Shown one piece after another: positions 41,001 to 49,219 of a stretch of 64,000 nt of DNA. The stretch covers positions 9,668 through 73,667 of the IMG/VR virus record IMGVR_UViG_3300010163_000018. The stretch is one strand, 5' to 3'. This stretch comes from a virus (lineage: Duplodnaviria; Caudoviricetes). Made by a program: the position numbers and the translations under genes. Under the pieces are notes generated by a model. It saw only the letters and a program-made list of their open reading frames with translations, did no database searches and had not been told where the DNA came from. The first letter of the stretch is position 1; each line of letters begins with the position of its first letter.

Positions 41001-43126
41001 GCATCCTTGATTTTCCCCATTGCCTGAGAAGCAGCTTGCCCAACTTTACCTTCCTTTCTGAATAGGCCCTTAATATCATCCTTCAGTGTACCGCTCAATG
41101 CGCGATCAATTAAGGATCCCATTCCTCTACCACCGGCAATACCTAAGAAGTTTCCGAGGAAGGAACCCAATCCGCTTCCTCCTCCGCCAGAGCCTCCTCC
41201 ACCAGCATTATTACCAGTAAGAGAATTCATAGTACCAGACATTACACTGTTTACAGTCTTCTTGATGAGATCATCATCGTCATTTACACCACCACCGTTG
41301 ATCAATGCAGCCATTGCTTTACCAAAGGCTTGATCAGTTGTTGGTAATGGTTTGTCTGGGTTATGCTCAAGATCAAGTTCAGGGAATGGATCCTTTCCTG
41401 TCGTACGAACATTGATTCCTCGGTTCAGGAGTCTAAATATATTACCAAGGTATTCATTGTTGGTATATTTTTCATTTGATCCGGATGCGGTTTTAATTCT
41501 ACCATCGGTAATTTTACCACTATCATCCGAGCTACCGCTTTCACCAGGTTTGATGTATTGATCTTTATGTTCATTCCAGAATTGTGACATTACCATTTTC
41601 TGGGTGATCTTAGATGCTTGTGTTGCATTTCTCTTACCAGATTGAGAAAAATCAATGGCATCAGACATCATATTTTGTAATGACTGATTTATGTTCTGGA
41701 TGAATGTTTGGGAATTCATTATTCCAGATGACAATTGTAAAATGATCGTGTTACAAACAGAAGCCCAGTATTCAGGATCGTTCTTCAAACCACATAATGT
41801 TCTAACAGCGGGAATGACATATTGACTCATGTCTCCCTTAAGATCTGTTAATCTGAACTGTCTGCTTCCCCTTTGGTGTAAGTCCTGGACAATAACTGCG
41901 TTCAACGCTTTAGCGGCAGTATCAACATCAGCCTCCGAGAATTTATCACCAAGAGTCTGTTTCCCTACAGTATTAATACGGTCCTGAACTGTCTGTGATA
42001 ATCCAGTTGATGCAAATGCCTGTTTTGTTACTGAAGCAAATTCATTCTTTGCAGGGCCTTTAACCCAACCACCGTTGTTACTGATATGCCAAGAAACACC
42101 CGAGATAGATTCATTAATGTTAGCGAGCATTTCAGGAATAAGATTGACGATTGTATGGCGGGTCATTCCATCGAACTGTGCCTTCTTGGTATCATATGAA
42201 TTCTTTATAATGGTTCCGTAATCTTTGTCGCCTTCGAATGATGTTATATCACCAAATAATTTTTGGAACGGTTTAGAACCAATTATCTCATTCATTGCAG
42301 CCTGTGTTGCAGTACCAATAGCTTCATTGAAACGCTTACCTATTTCATCAATAGATTTACCACCAAGAGCATTGAACTGTTTATGGGTCACCATTTCAAG
42401 ACCCATCTTGGCAATTTGTTCAGGGGATGTACCCTCGGCGAGTAATTGAGTAGCCAAGGATAGTGAGCTAACAACACTGTTACCACCCAGACCTCGTTTG
42501 GATGCTTCGAATATTCTACCTAACGAAAGCTTTCCATCAGAATATAATCCACCCTTGTCGATCTCTTTTTCTTCTTTTTTATCTTCAAATCCGGTTGTTT
42601 GAATTTTGATAATTTTGTCAAGACGATCACTGATACCCAGAAGTGTTTTGTTGATATTGTTGATGGATGCGAGCATTTCAGATGATCTGTTGTTTACTAC
42701 AGAAATTATTTCCGCTGTATTAGCAACACTTTGCTCTGTTTGACGACGTCCAATCTTAAGGGCTGTTGCGGATTGTTTGTTAGCTATGTCAGACATTGAA
42801 TCCGCATCAAGAGCCTTTGGTCTATCCTCACCATCCAGCTTTGCGCCTTCGGAATCATCTATCTTAAAACCAGCATCAAAGTCATCGCCCATAGATGAAT
42901 CAAATGAATTCTCTTCACCATAAAACCAGTCGGAAATTTTCTTGGTAACATTTGAGGTCTTTAGCCTTGCAAATGTATCAGCTGCATCTGTTGTTGATTT
43001 AGTAAGATTACTTTTTATATCCTTGGCATCATTTATCAATGATTGGATATTCGATGTGTATTCTTTACCAGTCTCCTTAAGTGTGTTACTGATAATCTCA
43101 AAGCTTCGGTTAATAAATTTACTCAT
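35009..43126 (-). CDS. Tape-measure-like tail lysin with C39-like, M23-like, phage tail lysozyme and NlpC/P60 domains
   Basis: 2705 aa, helical N-terminal two thirds; GCGP...HYV...ANP; GNSV...YFHL...GSTG; GMMGCFKHES...GFGIAQFT; DCSG...GDII...HVGMY. Confidence 0.8.
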   Translation of the reverse strand: MSKFINRSFEIISNTLKETGKEYTSNIQSLINDAKDIKSNLTKSTTDAADTFARLKTSNVTKKISDWFYGEENSFDSSMGDDFDAGFKIDDSEGAKLDGEDRPKALDADSMSDIANKQSATALKIGRRQTEQSVANTAEIISVVNNRSSEMLASINNINKTLLGISDRLDKIIKIQTTGFEDKKEEKEIDKGGLYSDGKLSLGRIFEASKRGLGGNSVVSSLSLATQLLAEGTSPEQIAKMGLEMVTHKQFNALGGKSIDEIGKRFNEAIGTATQAAMNEIIGSKPFQKLFGDITSFEGDKDYGTIIKNSYDTKKAQFDGMTRHTIVNLIPEMLANINESISGVSWHISNNGGWVKGPAKNEFASVTKQAFASTGLSQTVQDRINTVGKQTLGDKFSEADVDTAAKALNAVIVQDLHQRGSRQFRLTDLKGDMSQYVIPAVRTLCGLKNDPEYWASVCNTIILQLSSGIMNSQTFIQNINQSLQNMMSDAIDFSQSGKRNATQASKITQKMVMSQFWNEHKDQYIKPGESGSSDDSGKITDGRIKTASGSNEKYTNNEYLGNIFRLLNRGINVRTTGKDPFPELDLEHNPDKPLPTTDQAFGKAMAALINGGGVNDDDDLIKKTVNSVMSGTMNSLTGNNAGGGGSGGGGSGLGSFLGNFLGIAGGRGMGSLIDRALSGTLKDDIKGLFRKEGKVGQAASQAMGKIKDATGYVTGRYAYDSRVKEAQEKVFGEDGLVDRAKGKVKEVAGKVKSKIDSNEHAQKIKQTGGRLANNAIYNVDSMALKGAENRVKNFEFDPEELSDDMALSQARLALQYIGDGALDDAELMAESIDDSKVKTAILQHIKDIRKIDEIKEKRKKGETALANGETPEIGSVLQDAPEKPQKDSGDEASSPFEVIKKGLSGITKVLGKIAKFVMKIAEKGMRDLKYGLLSMKDGLFGSKEKDENGNVISENKGLIRNLAIEAPKKVYAGAINLGKKAVNKIGDMEFSKHITDKKGNVLTTREVAGIAKDKILNTTFTGQWVRNDDGSIARETYTDKKGREKERKKMTNTATVADLLKDPKKVLKQSFENISTDVTKSFKNIISDFKDKFGKVTSVIKNSKIGQAVGLVVGFLGKVGSSLKDFAENVMSSVKNKIQEAMKSIADSKVGQFAKNAVSKIKNKRSSDGEGRLKVLGGRFTSGMTKGFKKAKEKAAEEKKKQSEKEAREANPIQANIEDTITGKKESIISKMHESLKGIAEKLGLIHDEQVAENGEDSTDTGTDPSTTPPSDETTTSSTPDAGSAGTGGSGEEGSTDSGESSTPTSSTPDAGSAGSSGGSNKKGGLIGDMLGNLGEIFGGFSQALLGIGELIVSIVASLEGLQALKDLVMSILTEGLEPLNQAFEAVMELIKPIVSILKDMVTTIAETVVTIAESLIAVIQPIIEAIQPIIQTLLDVLTPILEIITALVDVIMVPIMIIMQIIQPIIENIGYQLQMISGILQIGMGIIIGMLGGLLFGIGAVAKLIGKFPVLGGSVGKVGDSLADTGKNMLNTSKTMITSGVDQMKQGIEGMISQLQAILPGGEDGSKKEEEKEDPKVDTEKVNLGSDFGAGDVNTSTVNNSWSYMYGSGNNTTMNQHSYGNYMNMGERGCGPVVLADAYSRRTGEKVNPASLAARMAGSGAYEPSRGTSVGSMVSTGSAMGMGMRVGGVTQASLKQASPTNPITLLGSGTGFGTKSGNSHYVNVVGTDRNGGAYVANPMTGKVERQSATSLTLNSKLGLYGSGDEENEYEQYGFDEATTEALNKLKTLTGKLTSIFTGDSKADSMKKTIEAADEENKAKTIKRELGDEYEAIEKQAKDQLKADNPKRDGEDDAAYETRMEKLWEKKGNSYIVKLGGQAAYDKGSERGKNMLKGAEEAAAGYEEASSAMEKIDLSEIDSAGSSGESALGAEMAPFSPIINTITDISDKTSSKSPVHDYFAATSGDAFDDDSKRLTSISTLDSGWYGKSDAPVSKEGVGSTGNDSEAIVINNGGNDDTVRAITGGTVTYVTRGGKHGNSDPNGGLGNSVKWRDSAGMYHWYFHLDEVDKAVQEGSNIEPNQILGKFGSTGMTGRSEDFKLLRYMVTKSNSRQTGDDGHINPLTYWKFEESGGELSGDTPEEQTYSYLVSAGMSPIGAAGMMGCFKHESNFQYDNLENIYQDKFGYKAGAEGDASYAADVDSKKESEDDFVYGRHATAYGGQTPGEAVGFGIAQFTSSGLKRDLYNKTVKKGKSITDKPAQLDAILSVLKERGIFEPIKNASNPVEANKIFLWKYEAGTGYTSDEQVLKAYPWMLQSNPNGVVARHNSAEEYYNSFGNKHISPSGSSNKASDKEGVINGRFVSTVSNATGGNKGDLIEAASQVWEAYTNKVPSGTYDHGNRGPVTTRSGITLEHLHPDCSGMLSATMNYMGYTFDPTKSQAGSCDKYRWCTYDIVGKRGSDGFILGPDGKPSDDWIFMDFDPNDMQEGDIITTQEHVGMYIQPGSDDQNALGFDAGNGSRTAIVGPGQAKSYLDGDPNWRSKLQWTMGPSYPGLRTTLRYVGSKAPAEDDSSNSKFAFSGATAPKGSGDVSDFWTDSVYGSNNVQMDVPPLDMSKLMDESNENNGVSPIIVNKYDIKPDQTNNSELLDKMSKMTFNVRARRVEQLLEELIEKIDGDKPKPQPTTDATDTNLFQSNDIPEQVTRLSRG

Positions 43127-43165
43127 TTAACATCCACCTCCTCCTTTATAAAATATAATAAACAT

Positions 43166-43191
43166 TGGAAGGGCACATAACGTGCCCTCCA
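43166..43191. terminator. Terminator-like hairpin
   Basis: GGGCAC-ataac-GTGCCC core with TGGA/TCCA outer pairing, between the neck and tape-measure genes. Confidence 0.6.
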
Positions 43192-43200
43192 TTCCTTGTA

Positions 43201-43959
43201 TCAGAAGAATTGAATTAATTCGCTATCATCAAGATGGAAACTCTGAGTCCATTCTTTGAGCAATTCTCTTTGAGCGGCTTCAGCACCTGACCACTCATCG
43301 ATCTTAAGTTGTATTTCTTTAAATGCAGAGCCGACGTTCTGCATGTTCTTCAGATTATTGTATAATGTCCTTTGAACATCCAGTGTTGCCAGTTCAACAA
43401 ATGATGTATAAAATGAATCTTCGATGGTTTCCAATGACATATCATGTTCACATTTTACATCAAACTTTATCAAACATTTTTCAGGAAAATGGAACAATTG
43501 TATCTTGTTATGACCCAAGTATTTTGAGTTAGGGACCTGTGATGTTACACCAAGAAATTTGTTGACGGCGGCGCCAGTCATAGTTGCATTGACGATGTCC
43601 TGGGGGTAATAGGAACCAAATCCAACAAATGGTGATCCAACGGTAAATGCATTTACACTTGCAGTACCCGGTTGATATGAAGCAGAAGCCATACAGGCAT
43701 CAGCAGTTTTAACTCTCGTAATGAGCAAATTTGGTGGAATCAAGTATATTCCCAATTTCTTTGCAGTTTCGTTTGGAGATAATAGATCCTGCCGCATTGC
43801 ATATCCTTCCCTGACATATGGCTTAAAGTCGGAGAATTCACGTACAGTTATCTTTAATATCTCCTGAATGACATTCTCAATAGGTTCCTTATATGGAAGA
43901 GCAATTCCATTTAAACCCTGAGAAAGTTTTATATCATTCACTACATCAGTTATATTCAT
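43201..43959 (-). CDS. Probable neck/head-tail connector protein (T4 gp13-like)
   Basis: Size, position and C-terminal FVELATLDVQRTLYNNLK...EIQLKIDEWSGAEAAQRELLKEW pattern; recognised by eye only. Confidence 0.5.
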   Translation of the reverse strand: MNITDVVNDIKLSQGLNGIALPYKEPIENVIQEILKITVREFSDFKPYVREGYAMRQDLLSPNETAKKLGIYLIPPNLLITRVKTADACMASASYQPGTASVNAFTVGSPFVGFGSYYPQDIVNATMTGAAVNKFLGVTSQVPNSKYLGHNKIQLFHFPEKCLIKFDVKCEHDMSLETIEDSFYTSFVELATLDVQRTLYNNLKNMQNVGSAFKEIQLKIDEWSGAEAAQRELLKEWTQSFHLDDSELIQFF

Positions 43960-44541
43960 TTAATCAGAACCTTTCACATATTTGTGCATAACAGGTGATT
44001 TTTTGTTTGAGAATTCGCGACGGGTCGCTTCATCAAGATTAAATGCAAAGAACTTCGAATTTCCTGTAGTTAACCATAGATAGATCTTCATATCATCACG
44101 ACATACTTTAGAAAGTTTTTTATACTGATTATTCGTCATTCTAACCAACGAATTCATTTCCGCCGATACAGTGTCAGCATTGATATACTTCTCCAATGTT
44201 CCCTGGAGAACCTTTGTCTTTCTCAGATATTCCTTGTTGATTTCTTTGAATTGTTCAAGGTTTATCTTCTTCCGGTACTCTTTATCGGTGAACATCCTGT
44301 CGTAGAAATTTCTTGAAATGGTCAGAACCTTTCCATCATACTTGTGATCGTCACCTTCCTCATACTGTTTATATCCGTCGAGGAATTCGATCATCTGATC
44401 GAGTATCTTGTCATAATCAAGTATTGTATATTGAACACGGTAGACATCCTTGGCATTGACGAAACCTTTAGCGACTTTCTCAAACAGGTTTCTGTCACGT
44501 TCAACAGAATCACGTGTCGATAATTCATTAGTTGATAACAT
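43960..44541 (-). CDS. Hypothetical helical protein, probably virion-associated
   Basis: 193-aa ORF with SD GGAGGTG in the head operon. Confidence 0.65.
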   Translation of the reverse strand: MLSTNELSTRDSVERDRNLFEKVAKGFVNAKDVYRVQYTILDYDKILDQMIEFLDGYKQYEEGDDHKYDGKVLTISRNFYDRMFTDKEYRKKINLEQFKEINKEYLRKTKVLQGTLEKYINADTVSAEMNSLVRMTNNQYKKLSKVCRDDMKIYLWLTTGNSKFFAFNLDEATRREFSNKKSPVMHKYVKGSD

Positions 44542-44555
44542 TTAAACACCTCCAA

Positions 44556-45857
44556 TCAAGTAGTGGGATAATTAACTCGCCAGATCTGCTCTGATCTGTT
44601 TATGGGACGAATACGGAGAATTTTCGCGAGAAGAGTTTCCAATTCCCGTTTCATCATCTCCAAGTATTGTTTGTTATGTGGGACAATATAACGAGCATCC
44701 TGTGTATCGAGTACCGTGAGATAGAAATCAACGAGTTCTATCTTTGAGCAAGTGTAACCGCTCAACATTGCCTGATCATTTGCAGAATGTATATCATTCA
44801 TTTCGACAGTTATGTATGCTATAATGTCCCTTGGGATCGGCTTAAGTTTCTTGGGTTTCTTTGATAAGAAGCCTTCCTGCTTGACTTCTGGTACCTTGAT
44901 ACTGTTAGATGTAGCATTGTTAGCGGCGTTAGCAGCAGCTTTTGTGGTAATATCGGATTTTGTTTGTGCTGACATATGTGAAGGAACAGTATTAACAGAA
45001 CCATTGACTGTTGCTTCCGTGGCAGCCTCTTCTTCAACTACCTCTTCTCCTTCTTCTGGAGAATCACTACTGTCATCAACTACTTCTGTTTCTGCAGTGC
45101 CTTCATCGCCGTCACCCGACTCTTTTATTGTTTCTTCGTCCTCTTCATCTTCGTCGGCATCGTTATCTTCGTTCTCATCTTTATCCTCGTCTTTGTCCTC
45201 ACCCTTCTCAAGAGCGTCAATATCGAAATCATCATAAGAATCGCAACAGTCATCATCTGTTACACAATCCTCAGGATCGGTATCACATATCTCATAGACA
45301 TCTTTACGAAGACCCCTTATTTCTTTACCGAGTTCCATGCCGTATGGGACTTCCTTATCCTTCTCAATGTAGTTATCAACGACATCGGAAACATCATGTT
45401 TCTTAGATGAAAGGTCTTTGATAAGATTAACACCATTCTGACGATCCCCATCATCAACACTAAATGAACCATCATCATGCATCTTACCAATGACGATTGC
45501 AATTATGGGTTTCAAATGTTTGGGTGTACATCTGCCATCATTTACCATGGCCTCATAAGGAATTGATGTACGTTCGATCATTGTCGCATTGCGATCAACT
45601 TCATCTGCATCATCGAATATAGTACCATTGGCAATAGCCTGGGCAACATGACCCTCTTGAACATAAGTCATATCTTTGGGACACAATACCCTTGTATTGC
45701 CGTTGGTATCTTTGTATATTCTGACACCATTGCCAGCATATTCGTTGATAATGATATCACTCTTATCTGGATGACCTATGTGGGCATATTCAGATATCAC
45801 AGAATATTTCTTCTGATTTATGAGGTTTTTAACAATATCAAAATCAATACTACTCAT
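44556..45857 (-). CDS. Head protein with long acidic linker and YVQEG / VKQEG sites
   Basis: D/E-rich middle; hydrophobic-X-E motifs; start taken as MSSIDF at 45857. Confidence 0.65.
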   Translation of the reverse strand: MSSIDFDIVKNLINQKKYSVISEYAHIGHPDKSDIIINEYAGNGVRIYKDTNGNTRVLCPKDMTYVQEGHVAQAIANGTIFDDADEVDRNATMIERTSIPYEAMVNDGRCTPKHLKPIIAIVIGKMHDDGSFSVDDGDRQNGVNLIKDLSSKKHDVSDVVDNYIEKDKEVPYGMELGKEIRGLRKDVYEICDTDPEDCVTDDDCCDSYDDFDIDALEKGEDKDEDKDENEDNDADEDEEDEETIKESGDGDEGTAETEVVDDSSDSPEEGEEVVEEEAATEATVNGSVNTVPSHMSAQTKSDITTKAAANAANNATSNSIKVPEVKQEGFLSKKPKKLKPIPRDIIAYITVEMNDIHSANDQAMLSGYTCSKIELVDFYLTVLDTQDARYIVPHNKQYLEMMKRELETLLAKILRIRPINRSEQIWRVNYPTT

Positions 45858-45908
45858 TATAAATAACACATCCGTTCTATATTAAATTTAATTTTGGAGG
45901 TTTTACCC

Positions 45909-46445
45909 ATGATCAATCAATTGAACGAAAACATCATACCAATCTTATTATTGGTGATAATGGCATTAGTTGCAACAATACTTATTTCATTATTCATTTT
46001 CATATTACCAATGAAAAACAGAATAAATGAAATGTCACGTATCATGTTCTTCTTATTAAAGAAAGATGAGAAGTACAATAACTCACATGACTCGATAAAA
46101 CATGCATTGCAAATCATTAATGATAACATAGGGTCGTTATCCAGCAGTACCAGTCAGTCATTCGAGAAACTCGTTGCATTGACCAAACAGACTAACAGTA
46201 TAACCATTCTACCAACACCTGAAAAGGCAAAGATGATGAGGGAAACGATATTAGAAAACATAAACATGGAAGTGTTGTTATCTAAAAACATGCGAATACA
46301 AAATCCTAAATCTATTATACATATTGCCGAGAATACCATAAAAACATATCCAGACATTGACGTGGAATTCACTGCCAAACTATGTTTGGCAATGATTGAA
46401 AATTACATGCTAACGATAGATGATCAAACAAAAGAAAATCAATAA
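45909..46445 (+). CDS. Single-pass membrane protein with coiled coil (holin-like or other envelope protein)
   Basis: IIPILLLVIMALVATILISLFIFILPM TM segment; start reassigned to ATG 45909 after GGAGG. Confidence 0.6.
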   Translation: MINQLNENIIPILLLVIMALVATILISLFIFILPMKNRINEMSRIMFFLLKKDEKYNNSHDSIKHALQIINDNIGSLSSSTSQSFEKLVALTKQTNSITILPTPEKAKMMRETILENINMEVLLSKNMRIQNPKSIIHIAENTIKTYPDIDVEFTAKLCLAMIENYMLTIDDQTKENQ

Positions 46446-46454
46446 CCATAATTC

Positions 46455-46476
46455 GGGTGGGGCAATTGCCCCACCC
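46455..46476. terminator. Bidirectional terminator downstream of the capsid gene
   Basis: Perfect palindrome GGGTGGGGCAATTGCCCCACCC between convergent genes. Confidence 0.8.
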
Positions 46477-46519
46477 AACTTTTATGGTTTATTTGGAATT
46501 ATTACAAATGGCGTATTTA

Positions 46520-48526
46520 TTAGCCTCCGATTTCAGTTGAACCTGCATCAGCGTCAACAGTCTTAACAACACCAGCCTTGATATCAGGAACGATTTCAGT
46601 GTTCTTGAAGATTACGCGACCCTGGATACCCTGAACTGCGATTGTCTTGTACTGGGATGATGTTGTAACGAGAGCAGCCTGACCACCTGGATTGTTGATA
46701 TCCTGGTAACCAGCATTCTCAGGTGAGTTTGTAAGGTGACGTGCGAAGCGGAGGTGCTTGTTTGTGATGTGGTGAGGATCCATCGGATATGCAACGATAT
46801 TGAGGAAGTACTCTCTTGACATATCGCCCTCAGCAGAACCTTCCTGGTATGCAGGAATAAGCGTGTATGCATCAACACGGTTAGAAGCAACGACACGAAT
46901 AGGAAGATCGGAATCTGTAACAAGGCCGTAGCTGTGATTCATCTTAACGCCGCCGATTTCTGTAGATTTCTTAACAGTCCATGATACAAAAGGATTGAGG
47001 AGTCTGCAAGCCTTAGGGTTGCCGTATACAACGAAGCCGAGGTTTTCAAGCTTGCCGCGGTCACTGAGCTCGTAGATTACAGAATTGATAGCATTGTAGA
47101 TAGCATTTGATCTGTATTCGAAAGGATCACCAGCAAAGCCGGGAGAGATAGATGTAGGACTGAGGTCTACGTACTCTGTATGAGTATAGCTCTCGAGAGA
47201 CCATATATCCGAATCATAGCCGTCGTACATATCAAACTGCTCATCAAGGAATTCAAGAATTGATTCATCCTCGAACAGCTCCTGATTGATGATAAGCTGC
47301 TGAACAAGTCTGTTGTAGAGATTGAAGTTAAGTGAAGTATTAGCTTCAGTAAAGTCTTCCACAGTGAAAGGAACCTGGAATCTGCAGCCATCGTCGATGA
47401 GGAACTTACGGATTTCAGGATACTCACGGAAGCCGATTGTTCTGAGGTTTGTTTCGTTTGAGATAGTGCCGTTTACATAGAGGCCTGTGATCTGACCGCA
47501 TGCAGAAGCTGTAAGAGTACCCTTAACGAAATCAACGTAACCAGAAAGATGATCAGAGAAAGAAACTGTTTCACCAGTATTCTTGTTTGTTTCCGGATCA
47601 ACAACGGGAAGCTTCATGTTCTCAGTAATACCGCCGTTAAGAAATACGCCGCCTGTCTGAATATCAATAGCAATACCAGCACCGGGGAGCTTTACCTTCT
47701 TACCGTCATACTGAATGTACTGAATGTTGAAGTTATAGGAAAGACGAGTACGCAGTGTCTTCTCGAAAGCGCCTGCAGAGCCCTGAGCTGGATACGGTGT
47801 ACCATCGTCCTGGAGCAGGTGGTTGAACATATCATATTTCTTATTAGGTGCATTTTTGATATCATCGAGCAGGATAGGATCCTTGTCATTGATTCTTACA
47901 CCCTTACCAGCGTTATAGAGCTTCTTCCATGTAGGTGTGCCGTCAGGCTCCTTCTGCCAGTATACATGCGGTACTTCATACTCTTCGCCGGTCTGGTTGT
48001 TTACGAGATACTTGATAAGAATACGCTGTTCGATGTTAACAGAGGATGTTGTCTGAACAGGCATAATCTCCTTGCCGAGGAAGCGGATATACTGCTTAAT
48101 CAGTGCCGGGAAGTCGAGAGTTGCAAGAGGAAGATATGTAGATGTATTGTAAGATTCCTGGATCAGGAAGCTCTTAACAGATTCATCCCACGCCTTGTCA
48201 AGCTGATGAGCAACGCTCTCAAGATGATACTTCTCACCGGGATCTGTTGCAGCATCAGCTGCCTCCATGAACTCTTGGAGAATAGGCTGAAGCATCTCCT
48301 CTTTGTATGAATTCATAATGTCGGGATTATCCATCATCTTCTTGACATCTTTTCTGATATCAACGCCGTTATATGCATCCTTGATATTCATTGCAGCTTC
48401 CTGGAAGTTCTGATCGAAAGTATCGTTTAATGCGTCGAGTTCCGCTTCAGATAATGAATTCACCATATTCATCTGCTCCTGGAACCATGTTCCACGAGTA
48501 CCTACTAATGATCTGTTGTAAGCCAT
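46520..48526 (-). CDS. Major capsid protein precursor
   Basis: 668 aa with high-expression codon bias; prodomain ending FLIQE(124)-SYNTSTYLPLATLDFP, then IMPVQT; located downstream of scaffold-like and protease genes. Confidence 0.8.
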   Translation of the reverse strand: MAYNRSLVGTRGTWFQEQMNMVNSLSEAELDALNDTFDQNFQEAAMNIKDAYNGVDIRKDVKKMMDNPDIMNSYKEEMLQPILQEFMEAADAATDPGEKYHLESVAHQLDKAWDESVKSFLIQESYNTSTYLPLATLDFPALIKQYIRFLGKEIMPVQTTSSVNIEQRILIKYLVNNQTGEEYEVPHVYWQKEPDGTPTWKKLYNAGKGVRINDKDPILLDDIKNAPNKKYDMFNHLLQDDGTPYPAQGSAGAFEKTLRTRLSYNFNIQYIQYDGKKVKLPGAGIAIDIQTGGVFLNGGITENMKLPVVDPETNKNTGETVSFSDHLSGYVDFVKGTLTASACGQITGLYVNGTISNETNLRTIGFREYPEIRKFLIDDGCRFQVPFTVEDFTEANTSLNFNLYNRLVQQLIINQELFEDESILEFLDEQFDMYDGYDSDIWSLESYTHTEYVDLSPTSISPGFAGDPFEYRSNAIYNAINSVIYELSDRGKLENLGFVVYGNPKACRLLNPFVSWTVKKSTEIGGVKMNHSYGLVTDSDLPIRVVASNRVDAYTLIPAYQEGSAEGDMSREYFLNIVAYPMDPHHITNKHLRFARHLTNSPENAGYQDINNPGGQAALVTTSSQYKTIAVQGIQGRVIFKNTEIVPDIKAGVVKTVDADAGSTEIGG

Positions 48527-48580
48527 TATTAAAACACTCCTTTTTATATTCTTTTATTGAAAATGATTTAGCATTTTCTA

Positions 48581-49198
48581 TTATTGACTATTTTTAATCT
48601 TCTTCAGATTGGTATCGATTTTCTTCAGTAGAAGAGTATACAAGCTATCTAACTTTTGATAGAAAAGAAGATTCTCACCATAACCAGAATCTACGAAATC
48701 ATTGATAACGTATTTTTGTCCTTTGGATAAGGCGGACTTGAGTTGACCTATTGATTCATCATTACTCTTGACAACATCAGATGGAAGCAAGGGTACAATA
48801 TCTTTGATGTCATTGAGAATTTCATCTATCTCACTATTACGAGCAACCATCTTTTTATACAATTGCTCATTCAAGATATTATTAGCTTTATCAGAAAGCT
48901 TTGTATCCTTTTTATCAGCTTCTTCTTCACCATCATCTGAGCTACCTGAAGAATCACCTCCGTCATCCATACCACCATCGCCATCGTCACCAGACATCGA
49001 TGAAAAGTCCATACCACCATCGTCTTCATTTAATGCGGGTGGATCACCAATATCTCCACCATCATCACCAGTATCAGTAGCAGGAGGGGCAATGTCTTCA
49101 GAGGGCATATCACCACCTGTGTCAGCCCCGCCTCCATCGAACGGTTGTAACTCGTCTCCGTCGGCTTCCATGACTGCAAAAAATAAACCTTTTGACAT
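48581..49198 (-). CDS. Acidic protein, candidate scaffold/core protein
   Basis: Directly upstream of the capsid gene; FAVMEA motif, D/G-rich disordered half, helical C-terminus. Confidence 0.5.
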   Translation of the reverse strand: MSKGLFFAVMEADGDELQPFDGGGADTGGDMPSEDIAPPATDTGDDGGDIGDPPALNEDDGGMDFSSMSGDDGDGGMDDGGDSSGSSDDGEEEADKKDTKLSDKANNILNEQLYKKMVARNSEIDEILNDIKDIVPLLPSDVVKSNDESIGQLKSALSKGQKYVINDFVDSGYGENLLFYQKLDSLYTLLLKKIDTNLKKIKNSQ

Positions 49199-49219
49199 TT
49201 CTATCCCCTCCTTTCTATA

